14,570 nucleotides of DNA from the sequence record SRR11831585_1183. The stretch is one strand, 5' to 3'. How positions within the stretch are numbered: position 1 is the stretch's first letter; each line of letters opens with the position of its first letter. Below are positions 1 through 12,581 of this stretch, one piece after another. Below the pieces are notes generated by a model that saw only the letters and a program-made list of their open reading frames with translations, searched no databases and was not told the DNA's origin. A program made the position numbers and the translations under genes.

Positions 1-30
1 GTAGGCCTGATAAGCGTAGCGCATCAGGCA
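1..30. repeat. REP (PU) palindromic element downstream of gyrB; any partner copy would lie outside the window
   Basis: The reverse complement of 1-30 is TGCCTGATGCGCTACGCTTATCAGGCCTAC. This matches the E. coli REP consensus (GCCTGAT...ATCAGGC stem plus CTAC/GTAG tail). Confidence 0.93.
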
Positions 31-50
31 CGCTCGCATGGTTAGCGCCA

Positions 51-3566
<3,516 letters not shown>

Positions 3567-3567
<1 letters not shown>

Positions 3568-4667
3568 TACAGTCTCATTGGCATGACAACATAAGCCGCG
3601 CTCTGGCTGGCCGCATCTTCAATCTGCACGCTGGAAACCGAATCGGTCAGCATCATGCGGACGTTTTCGCATTTCAGCGCGTTCAGAACATCCAGCACAT
3701 AACTGACGTTGAAGCCGATTTCCATCTCCGCACCGCTATAGGTAACGTCGAGGATCTCTTCCGCTTCTTCCTGTTCCGGGTTGTTGGCGGTGATTTTCAG
3801 CTGGTTTTCGCTGACATAAAGACGTACGCCGCGGAATTTCTCGTTAGAGAGAATCGCCGCGCGAGCAAACGCCTGCTTGAGCAGATCGCAGCCAGCTTCC
3901 AGATGTTTGTCCGGGTTCTTCGGCAGAACGCGGCGATAATCCGGGAAGCGACCATCCACCAGTTTGGAGGTGAAGATAAAGTCGCCAACGTGGGCGCGAA
4001 TGTTGTTGCTGCCAATCTGTACGCGCAGCGGATTGTCGCCGCCGTCGAGCATACGCATCAGTTCAATCACGCCTTTACGCGGTACGATCACCGAATGGCT
4101 TGGCAAAGATTGACCAATTGGCATTGAACAGACCGCCAGACGGTGGCCGTCGGTTGCCACGGTGCGCAGTTCTTCACCTTCGGTTTCAAACAGCATACCA
4201 TTTAAGTAATAGCGAACGTCCTGATGCGCCATAGAAAACTGGGTCGCTTCAATCAGACGCTTCATCGTTGCCTGCGGCAGGGTAAATTCGACTTCACTCT
4301 GCCAGTCATCGAGGTTCGGGAAATCCGCCGCTGGCAGGGTAGACAGCGAAAAACGGCTACGCCCGGAGCGTACCAGCATCCGTTCACCTTCCAGCTGCAC
4401 GGCAATTTCCGCGCCTTCAGGCAGACCACGGCAGATATCAAAGAATTTGCGCGCCGGAACGGTCGTCGCTCCTGGCTCGTGTGGCTGAACCAGCGCAACA
4501 CGTGCCACCATTTCCATCTCGAGATCAGTACCGGTCAGCGACAACGTACCGTCAGCAACCTGTAACAGCAGATTACCGAGAATCGGTAGCGTAGGACGAC
4601 CACCTAACGGACCGCTCACCTGTTGTAGCGGTTTTAATAAATGCTCACGTTCTACGGTAAATTTCAT
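3567..4667 (-). CDS. dnaN: DNA polymerase III beta sliding clamp (366 aa)
   Basis: [17 protein letters not shown] start, ATDGHRL motif and C-terminal YVVMPMRL. The stop overlaps the recF ATG by 1 nt (TAATG). Confidence 0.99.
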
Positions 4668-4671
4668 AGGT

Positions 4672-6075
4672 TTACGATGACAATGTTCTGATTAAATTTG
4701 AAAAATCTTCTTTGATATCGTGGCTCTCTTCACGCAACTGCTCGATCTTACGGCAGGCATGAAGCACCGTCGTGTGGTCACGGCCACCAAACGCATCGCC
4801 AATCTCCGGCAGACTGTGGTTAGTCAGCTCTTTCGCCAGCGCCATCGCCATCTGGCGCGGACGCGCCACCGAGCGGGATCGACGCTTGGAAAGGAGATCC
4901 GCGACTTTGATCTTGTAGTACTCCGCCACCGTCTTCTGAATATTGTCGATGGTGACCAGTTTTTCCTGCAATGCCAGCAAGTCGCGCAGCGCCTCACGCA
5001 CGAAGTCGATGGTGATCGCCCGTCCGGTAAAGTTGGCATTGGCAATGACGCGGTTCAGCGCCCCTTCCAGCTCACGTACGTTAGATCGTAGACGCTTGGC
5101 GATAAAGAACGCCACTTCGCCCGGCAAACGAATGTCGTTTTCGTCGGCCTTTTTCATCAGGATCGCCACACGGGTTTCCAGCTCTGGCGGTTCGATCGCC
5201 ACAGTCAGTCCCCAACCGAAGCGGGATTTCAAACGATCCTCAACGCCGTTGATCTCTTTCGGATAGCGATCCGAGGTGAGAATGATCTGTTGATTACCTT
5301 CCAGCAGGGCGTTGAAGGTGTGGAAAAACTCTTCCTGAGATCGTTCTTTATTAGCAAAAAACTGAATATCGTCGATCAGCAGTGCATCTACGGAACGGTA
5401 GTAGCGTTTAAACTCTTCGATCGCGTTGTTTTGCAGGGCTTTAACCATGTCCTGAACAAAGCGCTCGGAGTGCATATAAACCACTTTGGCATTCGGCTTG
5501 CGCGCCATAATGCCGTTACCCACCGCATGCAGCAGGTGAGTTTTACCCAGACCCGTGCCGCCATAAAGGAACAACGGGTTATAGGCACCGCCAGGGTTAT
5601 CCGCCACCTGGCGAGCCGCCGCGCGCGCCAGTTGGTTAGATTTACCTTCAACGAAGTTATCAAACGTGTGTTTGACGTTTACGTTAGAACGATAGGTCGG
5701 TTCTGCCGGGGCCGGGACGTTATCCCAACCTGAGCGCGTAGAAGGCGCAGCACGTTGCGGCTGCGTTTGCGCCACCTGTGCAGGGGCCGCGACGTTGCTC
5801 GTCACTGCCGCTTGTGGCGTTTGCGTCACCGGTTTGGTGCCGACTTCAAAACGCAGCTGTGGGGCATCCGCTCCGCAGAAACTGGTTAGCAGTCCATTGA
5901 TATTATTAAGGTACTTGTCCCGTACCCAATCGAGGACAAAACGGTTTGGCGCGTACAGGGCCAGCGTGTTATCGCTCAGTTCCGCCTGCAATGGGCGTAT
6001 CCACATACTGAATTCTGTGGCTGGTAACTCATCCTGCAATCGGGCAAGACACTGCTGCCAAAGCGAAAGTGACAC
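4672..6075 (-). CDS. dnaA: Chromosomal replication initiator DnaA (467 aa, GTG start)
   Basis: Walker A GGTGLGKT, Walker B LLIDD, sensor II VRELEGA and domain [10 protein letters not shown]. The GTG at 6075-6073 is preceded by a GGAG SD. The ORF track start at 6087 is 4 codons too long. Confidence 0.99.
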
Positions 6076-6225
6076 GGCGGACTCCACTCGAACAAAAGTC
6101 GATAATGACTAAGGCTGAAACATTCATGATTGTTGACGTACGTCGAAAAGACCCTGCTTGAGGGTGACGCACGAACCGCTGTCTGCGGTTATATGCCCGA
6201 TCAAGATCCTGCAAAACGATCGGGA

Positions 6226-6262
6226 CCGCGGATCATAGCCTAAACTGCGCAAGAGATCTTCT
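6226..6262 (-). promoter_or_regulatory. dnaAp2 promoter (-10 TATGAT at 6237-6232; GATC sites overlap both the -10 and -35 regions)
   Basis: The minus strand reads AGAAGATCTCTTGCGCAGTTTAGGCTATGATCC, matching the known Dam/SeqA-dependent dnaAp2 layout. Confidence 0.75.
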
Positions 6263-6284
6263 GTTTCTCACAGATTTTCCCGAT

Positions 6285-6293
6285 TTATCCACA
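6285..6293 (+). promoter_or_regulatory. DnaA box (autoregulatory, between dnaAp1 and dnaAp2)
   Basis: Perfect TTATCCACA. A one-mismatch box, TTTCTCACA, lies at 6264-6272. Confidence 0.92.
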
Positions 6294-6313
6294 GGACTTT
6301 CCAGAACTCGCTA

Positions 6314-6344
6314 AGTGTAAACGATCCTGCCGCGAGGCGGGCAC
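6314..6344 (-). promoter_or_regulatory. dnaAp1 promoter (-10 TACACT at 6319-6314, weak -35)
   Basis: TACACT lies about 80 bp upstream of the p2 -10 with the DnaA box between them, which is the established E. coli arrangement. Confidence 0.6.
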
Positions 6345-6371
6345 GATTTACGCCGCATATTGGAAAATTTA

Positions 6372-6452
6372 ATGACCATAGACAAAAATTGGCTTAATCG
6401 ATCTAATAAAGATCCAGGACGATCCTTGCGCTTTACCCATCAGCCCGTATAA
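6372..6452 (+). CDS. ysdD: Small protein, 26 aa, MTIDKNWLNRSNKDPGRSLRFTHQPV; function unknown
   Basis: ATG at 6372 and TAA at 6450-6452, with a weak GGA upstream. The symbol is from my recollection of the E. coli K-12 small-protein annotation at this position and was not verified by search. Confidence 0.65.
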   Translation: MTIDKNWLNRSNKDPGRSLRFTHQPV

Positions 6453-6453
6453 T
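6426..6453 (+). promoter_or_regulatory. Upstream sigma70 promoter of the rpmH operon
   Basis: TTGCGC (6426-6431), 16-bp spacer, TATAAT (6448-6453), followed by the C-rich discriminator CCTCCAC. Confidence 0.75.
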
Positions 6454-6550
6454 CCTCCACCCGGCGCGCCATGCTGGTTTCCACTGGTGTGAGGTCGTAC
6501 ATTTTCCCTGCGAAAAGGTGCGGAAAAGCGCGGTAAATAAGGAAAGAGAA

Positions 6551-6579
6551 TTGACTCCGGAGTGTACAATTATTACAAT
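6551..6579 (+). promoter_or_regulatory. Proximal sigma70 promoter of the rpmH operon
   Basis: TTGACT (6551-6556), 17-bp spacer, TACAAT (6574-6579), followed by the GC-rich discriminator CCGGCC typical of stringently controlled promoters. Confidence 0.8.
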
Positions 6580-6669
6580 CCGGCCTCTTTAATCACCCAT
6601 GGCTTCGGTGTCCATCGTTTCATTTTTCGGCGGATATCCAATAAAGCCATTGAATTTATTCAAGTTTAG

Positions 6670-6822
<153 letters not shown>

Positions 6823-6838
6823 TAAAGCTAACCCCTGA

Positions 6839-7198
6839 GTGGTTAAGCTCGCATTTCCCAGGGAGTTACGCTTGTTAACTCCCAGTCAATTCACATTCGT
6901 CTTCCAGCAGCCACAACGGGCTGGCACGCCGCAAATTACCATTCTCGGCCGCCTGAATTCGCTGGGGCATCCCCGTATCGGTCTTACAGTCGCCAAGAAA
7001 AACGTTCGACGCGCCCATGAACGCAATCGGATTAAACGTCTGACGCGTGAAAGCTTCCGTCTGCGCCAACATGAACTCCCGGCTATGGATTTCGTGGTGG
7101 TGGCGAAAAAAGGGGTTGCCGACCTCGATAACCGTGCTCTCTCGGAAGCGTTGGAAAAATTATGGCGCCGCCACTGTCGCCTGGCTCGCGGGTCCTGA
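6839..7198 (+). CDS. rnpA: Ribonuclease P protein component (C5), GTG start
   Basis: RNR motif [13 protein letters not shown]; position after rpmH. Confidence 0.99.
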
Positions 7199-7419
7199 TA
7201 GCCCTCATTCGGGTCTATCAACGCCTGATTAGTCCGCTACTCGGGCCGCATTGTCGTTTCACTCCAACCTGTTCAAGCTACGGAATTGAGGCATTGCGCA
7301 GGTTTGGAGTGATAAAAGGCAGTTGGTTGACGGTGAAACGCGTATTAAAATGCCACCCTTTACACCCTGGTGGTGACGATCCCGTCCCGCCCGGACCATT
7401 TGATACCAGAGAACACTAA
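7162..7419 (+). CDS. yidD: Membrane protein insertion efficiency factor YidD (85 aa)
   Basis: [10 protein letters not shown] and KCHPLHPGG motifs; lies between rnpA and yidC and overlaps rnpA by 37 nt. Confidence 0.96.
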
Positions 7420-7421
7420 CG

Positions 7422-9068
7422 ATGGATTCGCAACGCAATCTTTTAGTCATCGCTTTGCTGTTCGTGTCTTTCATGATCTGGCAAGCCTGGGAGCAGGATA
7501 AAAACCCGCAACCTCAGGCCCAACAGACCACGCAGACAACGACCACCGCAGCGGGTAGCGCCGCCGACCAGGGCGTACCGGCCAGTGGCCAGGGGAAACT
7601 GATCTCGGTTAAGACCGACGTGCTTGATCTGACCATCAACACCCGTGGTGGTGATGTTGAGCAAGCTCTGCTGCCTGCTTACCCGAAAGAGCTGAACTCT
7701 ACCCAGCCGTTCCAGCTGTTGGAAACTTCACCGCAGTTTATTTATCAGGCACAGAGCGGTCTGACCGGTCGTGATGGCCCGGATAACCCGGCTAACGGCC
7801 CGCGTCCGCTGTATAACGTTGAAAAAGACGCTTATGTGCTGGCTGAAGGTCAAAACGAACTGCAGGTGCCGATGACGTATACCGACGCGGCAGGCAACAC
7901 GTTTACCAAAACGTTTGTCCTGAAACGTGGTGATTACGCTGTCAACGTCAACTACAACGTGCAGAACGCTGGCGAGAAACCGCTGGAAATCTCCTCGTTT
8001 GGTCAGTTGAAGCAATCCATCACTCTGCCACCGCATCTCGATACCGGAAGCAGCAACTTCGCACTGCACACCTTCCGTGGCGCGGCGTACTCCACGCCTG
8101 ACGAGAAGTATGAGAAATACAAGTTCGATACCATTGCCGATAACGAAAACCTGAACATCTCTTCGAAAGGTGGTTGGGTGGCGATGCTGCAACAGTATTT
8201 CGCGACGGCGTGGATCCCGCATAACGACGGTACCAACAACTTCTATACCGCTAATCTGGGTAACGGCATCGCCGCTATCGGCTATAAATCTCAGCCGGTA
8301 CTGGTTCAGCCTGGTCAGACTGGCGCGATGAACAGCACCCTGTGGGTTGGCCCGGAAATCCAGGACAAAATGGCAGCTGTTGCTCCGCACCTGGATCTGA
8401 CCGTTGATTACGGTTGGTTGTGGTTCATCTCTCAGCCGCTGTTCAAACTGCTGAAATGGATCCATAGCTTTGTGGGTAACTGGGGCTTCTCCATTATCAT
8501 CATCACCTTTATCGTTCGTGGCATCATGTACCCGCTGACCAAAGCGCAGTACACCTCCATGGCGAAGATGCGTATGTTGCAGCCGAAGATTCAGGCAATG
8601 CGTGAGCGTCTGGGCGATGACAAACAGCGTATCAGCCAGGAAATGATGGCGCTGTACAAAGCTGAGAAGGTTAACCCGCTGGGCGGCTGCTTCCCGCTGC
8701 TGATCCAGATGCCAATCTTCCTGGCGTTGTACTACATGCTGATGGGTTCCGTTGAACTGCGTCAGGCACCGTTTGCACTGTGGATCCACGACCTGTCGGC
8801 ACAGGACCCGTACTACATCCTGCCGATCCTGATGGGCGTAACGATGTTCTTCATTCAGAAGATGTCGCCGACCACAGTGACCGACCCGATGCAGCAGAAG
8901 ATCATGACCTTTATGCCGGTCATCTTCACCGTGTTCTTCCTGTGGTTCCCGTCAGGTCTGGTGCTGTACTATATCGTCAGCAACCTGGTAACCATTATTC
9001 AGCAGCAGCTGATTTACCGTGGTCTGGAAAAACGTGGCCTGCATAGCCGCGAGAAGAAAAAATCCTGA
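7422..9068 (+). CDS. yidC: Membrane protein insertase YidC (548 aa)
   Basis: N-terminal TM segment, large periplasmic domain, [16 protein letters not shown] and [16 protein letters not shown] motifs, and a basic C-terminal tail. Confidence 0.99.
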
Positions 9069-9090
9069 TTCGGTGAGTTTTCGCTAAAAT

Positions 9091-9122
9091 AAGGGCGGTC
9101 AGTTGACCGCCTTTTTTCTTTT
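9091..9122 (+). terminator. Rho-independent terminator after yidC
   Basis: Stem GGCGGTC (9094-9100), loop AGTT, stem GACCGCC (9105-9111), followed by TTTTTTCTTTT. Confidence 0.85.
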
Positions 9123-9123
9123 C

Positions 9124-9153
9124 GTAGGGCGGATAAGCACCGCGCATCCGCCA
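9124..9153. repeat. Degenerate solitary REP-like element between yidC and mnmE
   Basis: GTAGGGCGGATAAGCACCGCGCATCCGCCA aligns with the REP at 1-30 (GTAGGCCTGATAAGCGTAGCGCATCAGGCA) and keeps a GGCGGAT/ATCCGCC stem. Confidence 0.8.
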
Positions 9154-9173
9154 CACAAAGCAACAGGAACATC

Positions 9174-10538
9174 ATGAGCGATAATGACACTATCGTAGCC
9201 CAGGCCACGCCTCCGGGACGTGGCGGCGTTGGCATCCTGCGCATCTCCGGCTTCAAAGCCCGTGAAGTTGCCGAAACCGTGCTGGGTAAACTGCCTAAGC
9301 CGCGCTACGCCGATTATCTTCCGTTTAAAGACGCCGACGGCAGCGTGCTCGATCAGGGGATTGCGCTATGGTTCCCTGGCCCGAACTCGTTCACCGGCGA
9401 AGATGTGCTGGAACTGCAAGGTCATGGCGGTCCGGTGATCCTCGACCTGCTGTTAAAACGCATTCTGACCATTCCCGGCCTGCGGATTGCTCGCCCTGGT
9501 GAGTTTTCCGAACGCGCGTTTCTTAACGATAAACTTGACTTAGCCCAGGCCGAGGCGATTGCCGATCTTATCGACGCCAGTTCGGAACAGGCGGCCCGTT
9601 CGGCACTTAACTCGCTGCAAGGCGCATTCTCCGCACGGGTTAATCATCTGGTAGAAGCCCTCACCCACTTGCGCATTTACGTCGAAGCGGCAATTGATTT
9701 CCCCGATGAAGAGATCGATTTCCTCTCCGACGGAAAAATTGAAGCCCAGCTCAATGACGTTATTGCCGATCTTGATGCAGTGCGTGCTGAAGCACGTCAG
9801 GGTAGTTTGTTGCGCGAAGGGATGAAAGTGGTGATTGCCGGACGTCCTAACGCCGGTAAATCGAGCCTGTTAAACGCGCTGGCGGGGCGTGAAGCGGCAA
9901 TCGTAACCGATATCGCCGGAACTACGCGTGACGTGCTGCGTGAGCATATCCACATTGACGGAATGCCGCTGCATATCATCGATACCGCCGGGCTACGTGA
10001 AGCCAGTGACGAAGTAGAACGTATTGGTATCGAGCGCGCGTGGCAGGAAATTGAACAGGCCGACCGCGTGCTGTTTATGGTCGATGGCACCACAACAGAC
10101 GCCGTGGATCCGGCAGAGATCTGGCCGGAATTTATTGCCCGTCTGCCAGCGAAACTGCCGATCACCGTGGTGCGCAATAAAGCCGATATCACCGGCGAAA
10201 CGCTGGGAATGAGTGAAGTGAACGGTCACGCGTTAATTCGTCTCTCGGCAAGGACTGGTGAAGGCGTGGACGTGCTGCGTAACCATCTCAAACAGAGCAT
10301 GGGCTTTGACACCAACATGGAAGGCGGCTTCCTGGCGCGTCGTCGCCACCTACAGGCGCTGGAACAGGCAGCGGAACATCTACAACAGGGCAAAGCGCAA
10401 CTGTTGGGAGCCTGGGCAGGTGAACTGCTGGCGGAAGAGTTGCGTCTGGCACAGCAGAACTTAAGCGAAATCACCGGGGAATTTACTTCAGACGACCTGC
10501 TGGGGCGGATTTTCTCCAGCTTCTGTATTGGTAAGTAA
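9174..10538 (+). CDS. mnmE: tRNA U34 5-carboxymethylaminomethyl modification GTPase MnmE (TrmE/ThdF), 454 aa
   Basis: G1 GRPNAGKS, G2 GTTRD, G3 DTAG, G4 NKAD and C-terminal FCIGK. SD AGGA upstream. Confidence 0.99.
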
Positions 10539-10547
10539 CCGCGCTTA

Positions 10548-10581
10548 CGAAGCCGCATTCTGACTGTCAGATGCGGCTTCG
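10548..10581. terminator. Long inverted repeat after mnmE (probable terminator or stabilising hairpin; no clean U tract)
   Basis: CGAAGCCGCAT-T-CTGAC-T-GTCAG-ATGCGGCTTCG is a near-perfect palindrome with a one-base bulge. Confidence 0.6.
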
Positions 10582-10686
10582 CTTCATTGTTACCACTCCT
10601 GTTATTCCTCAACCCTTTTTTTAAACATTAAAATTCTTACGTAATTTATAATCTTTAAAAAAAGCATTTAATATTGCTCCCCGAAC

Positions 10687-10708
10687 GATTGTGATTCGAT
10701 TCACATTT
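10687..10708. promoter_or_regulatory. CRP-cAMP site activating the tna promoter
   Basis: Perfect core TGTGA-N6-TCACA at 10690-10705, centred about 60 bp upstream of the likely start site. tna is known to be catabolite repressed. Confidence 0.92.
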
Positions 10709-10722
10709 AAACAATTTCAGAA

Positions 10723-10750
10723 TAGACAAAAACTCTGAGTGTAATAATGT
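10723..10750 (+). promoter_or_regulatory. tnaCAB promoter
   Basis: TAGACA (10723-10728), 16-bp spacer, TAATGT (10745-10750), lying between the CRP site and the tnaC SD (GAGGA). Confidence 0.6.
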
Positions 10751-10780
10751 AGCCTCGTGTCTTGCGAGGATAAGTGCATT

Positions 10781-10855
10781 ATGAATATCTTACATATATG
10801 TGTGACCTCAAAATGGTTCAATATTGACAACAAAATTGTCGATCACCGCCCTTGA
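10781..10855 (+). CDS. tnaC: Tryptophanase operon leader / ribosome arrest peptide TnaC (24 aa)
   Basis: Manual translation gives MNILHICVTSKWFNIDNKIVDHRP*(TGA), with W12, D16 and P24-UGA. Not in the ORF track. Confidence 0.98.
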   Translation: MNILHICVTSKWFNIDNKIVDHRP

Positions 10856-10880
10856 TTTGCCCTTCTGTAGCCATCACCAG
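10847..10880 (+). promoter_or_regulatory. boxA-like sequence and Rho utilisation (rut) site of the tna leader
   Basis: CGCCCTTGA overlaps the tnaC stop and is followed by the C-rich, G-poor stretch TTTGCCCTTCTGTAGCCATCACC. This is established for E. coli tna. Confidence 0.75.
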
Positions 10881-11075
10881 AGCCAAACCGATTAGATTCA
10901 ATGTGATCTATTTGTTTGCTATATCTTAATTTTGCCTTTTGCAAAGGTCATCTCTCGTTTATTTACTTGTTTTAGTAAATGATGGTGCTTGCATATATAT
11001 CTGGCGAATTAATCGGTATAGCAGATGTAATATTCACAGGGATCACTGTAATTAAAATAAATGAAGGATTATGTA

Positions 11076-12491
11076 ATGGAAAACTTTAAACATCTCCCTG
11101 AACCGTTCCGCATTCGTGTTATTGAGCCAGTAAAACGTACCACTCGCGCTTATCGTGAAGAGGCAATTATTAAATCCGGTATGAACCCGTTCCTGCTGGA
11201 TAGCGAAGATGTTTTTATCGATTTACTGACCGACAGCGGCACCGGGGCGGTGACGCAGAGCATGCAGGCTGCGATGATGCGCGGCGACGAAGCCTACAGC
11301 GGCAGTCGTAGCTACTATGCGTTAGCCGAGTCAGTGAAAAATATCTTTGGTTATCAATACACCATTCCGACTCACCAGGGCCGTGGCGCAGAGCAAATCT
11401 ATATTCCGGTACTGATTAAAAAACGCGAGCAGGAAAAAGGCCTGGATCGCAGCAAAATGGTGGCGTTCTCTAACTATTTCTTTGATACCACGCAGGGCCA
11501 TAGCCAGATCAACGGCTGTACCGTGCGTAACGTCTATATCAAAGAAGCCTTCGATACGGGCGTGCGTTACGACTTTAAAGGCAACTTTGACCTTGAGGGA
11601 TTAGAACGCGGTATTGAAGAAGTTGGTCCGAATAACGTGCCGTATATCGTTGCAACCATCACCAGTAACTCTGCAGGTGGTCAGCCGGTTTCACTGGCAA
11701 ACTTAAAAGCGATGTACAGCATCGCGAAGAAATACGATATTCCGGTGGTAATGGACTCCGCGCGCTTTGCTGAAAACGCCTATTTCATCAAGCAGCGTGA
11801 AGCAGAATACAAAGACTGGACCATCGAGCAGATCACCCGCGAAACCTACAAATATGCCGATATGCTGGCGATGTCCGCCAAGAAAGATGCGATGGTGCCG
11901 ATGGGCGGCCTGCTGTGCATGAAAGACGACAGCTTCTTTGATGTGTACACCGAGTGCAGAACCCTTTGCGTGGTGCAGGAAGGCTTCCCGACATATGGCG
12001 GCCTGGAAGGCGGCGCGATGGAGCGTCTGGCGGTAGGTCTGTATGACGGCATGAATCTCGACTGGCTGGCTTATCGTATCGCGCAGGTACAGTATCTGGT
12101 CGATGGTCTGGAAGAGATTGGCGTTGTCTGCCAGCAGGCGGGCGGTCACGCGGCATTCGTTGATGCCGGTAAACTGTTGCCGCATATCCCGGCAGACCAG
12201 TTCCCGGCACAGGCGCTGGCCTGCGAGCTGTATAAAGTCGCCGGTATCCGTGCGGTAGAAATTGGCTCTTTCCTGTTAGGCCGCGATCCGAAAACCGGTA
12301 AACAACTGCCATGCCCGGCTGAACTGCTGCGTTTAACCATTCCGCGCGCAACATATACTCAAACACATATGGACTTCATTATTGAAGCCTTTAAACATGT
12401 GAAAGAGAACGCGGCGAATATTAAAGGATTAACCTTTACGTACGAACCGAAAGTATTGCGTCACTTCACCGCAAAACTTAAAGAAGTTTAA
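11076..12491 (+). CDS. tnaA: Tryptophanase (tryptophan indole-lyase, PLP-dependent), 471 aa
   Basis: [17 protein letters not shown] start, DLLTDSGT motif and PLP lysine motif MSAKKD. The ATG at 11076 has an AAGGA SD; the ORF track uses an in-frame ATG at 11061. Confidence 0.99.
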
Positions 12492-12501
12492 TTAATACTA
12501 C

Positions 12502-12530
12502 AGAGTGGCTATAAGGATGTTAGCCACTCT
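12502..12530 (+). other. Intercistronic hairpin between tnaA and tnaB
   Basis: AGAGTGGCTA, 9-nt loop, TAGCCACTCT: a perfect 10-bp stem with no poly-U tail. Confidence 0.65.
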
Positions 12531-12581
12531 CTTACCCTACATCCTCAATAACAAAAATAGCCTTCCTCTAAAGGTGGCATC

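Noticed and set aside
6029..6214. 61-aa minus-strand ORF in the dnaA leader overlapping the dnaA start
   Set aside because: Non-ATG (TTG) start very close to the p2 start site, no SD, and no supporting evidence for translation.
6369..6569. 66-aa minus-strand ORF in the dnaA-rpmH spacer
   Set aside because: It runs antisense across both rpmH promoters and the ysdD-like ORF, has no clear SD or motif, and is best explained as chance.
7728..8789. 353-aa ORF antisense to yidC
   Set aside because: Same in-register shadow effect as for gyrB; no recognisable domain.
10900..10920. Second CRP-like site (AATGTGATCT...) in the tnaC-tnaA spacer
   Set aside because: Only the left half-site matches; there is no TCACA at the correct spacing.
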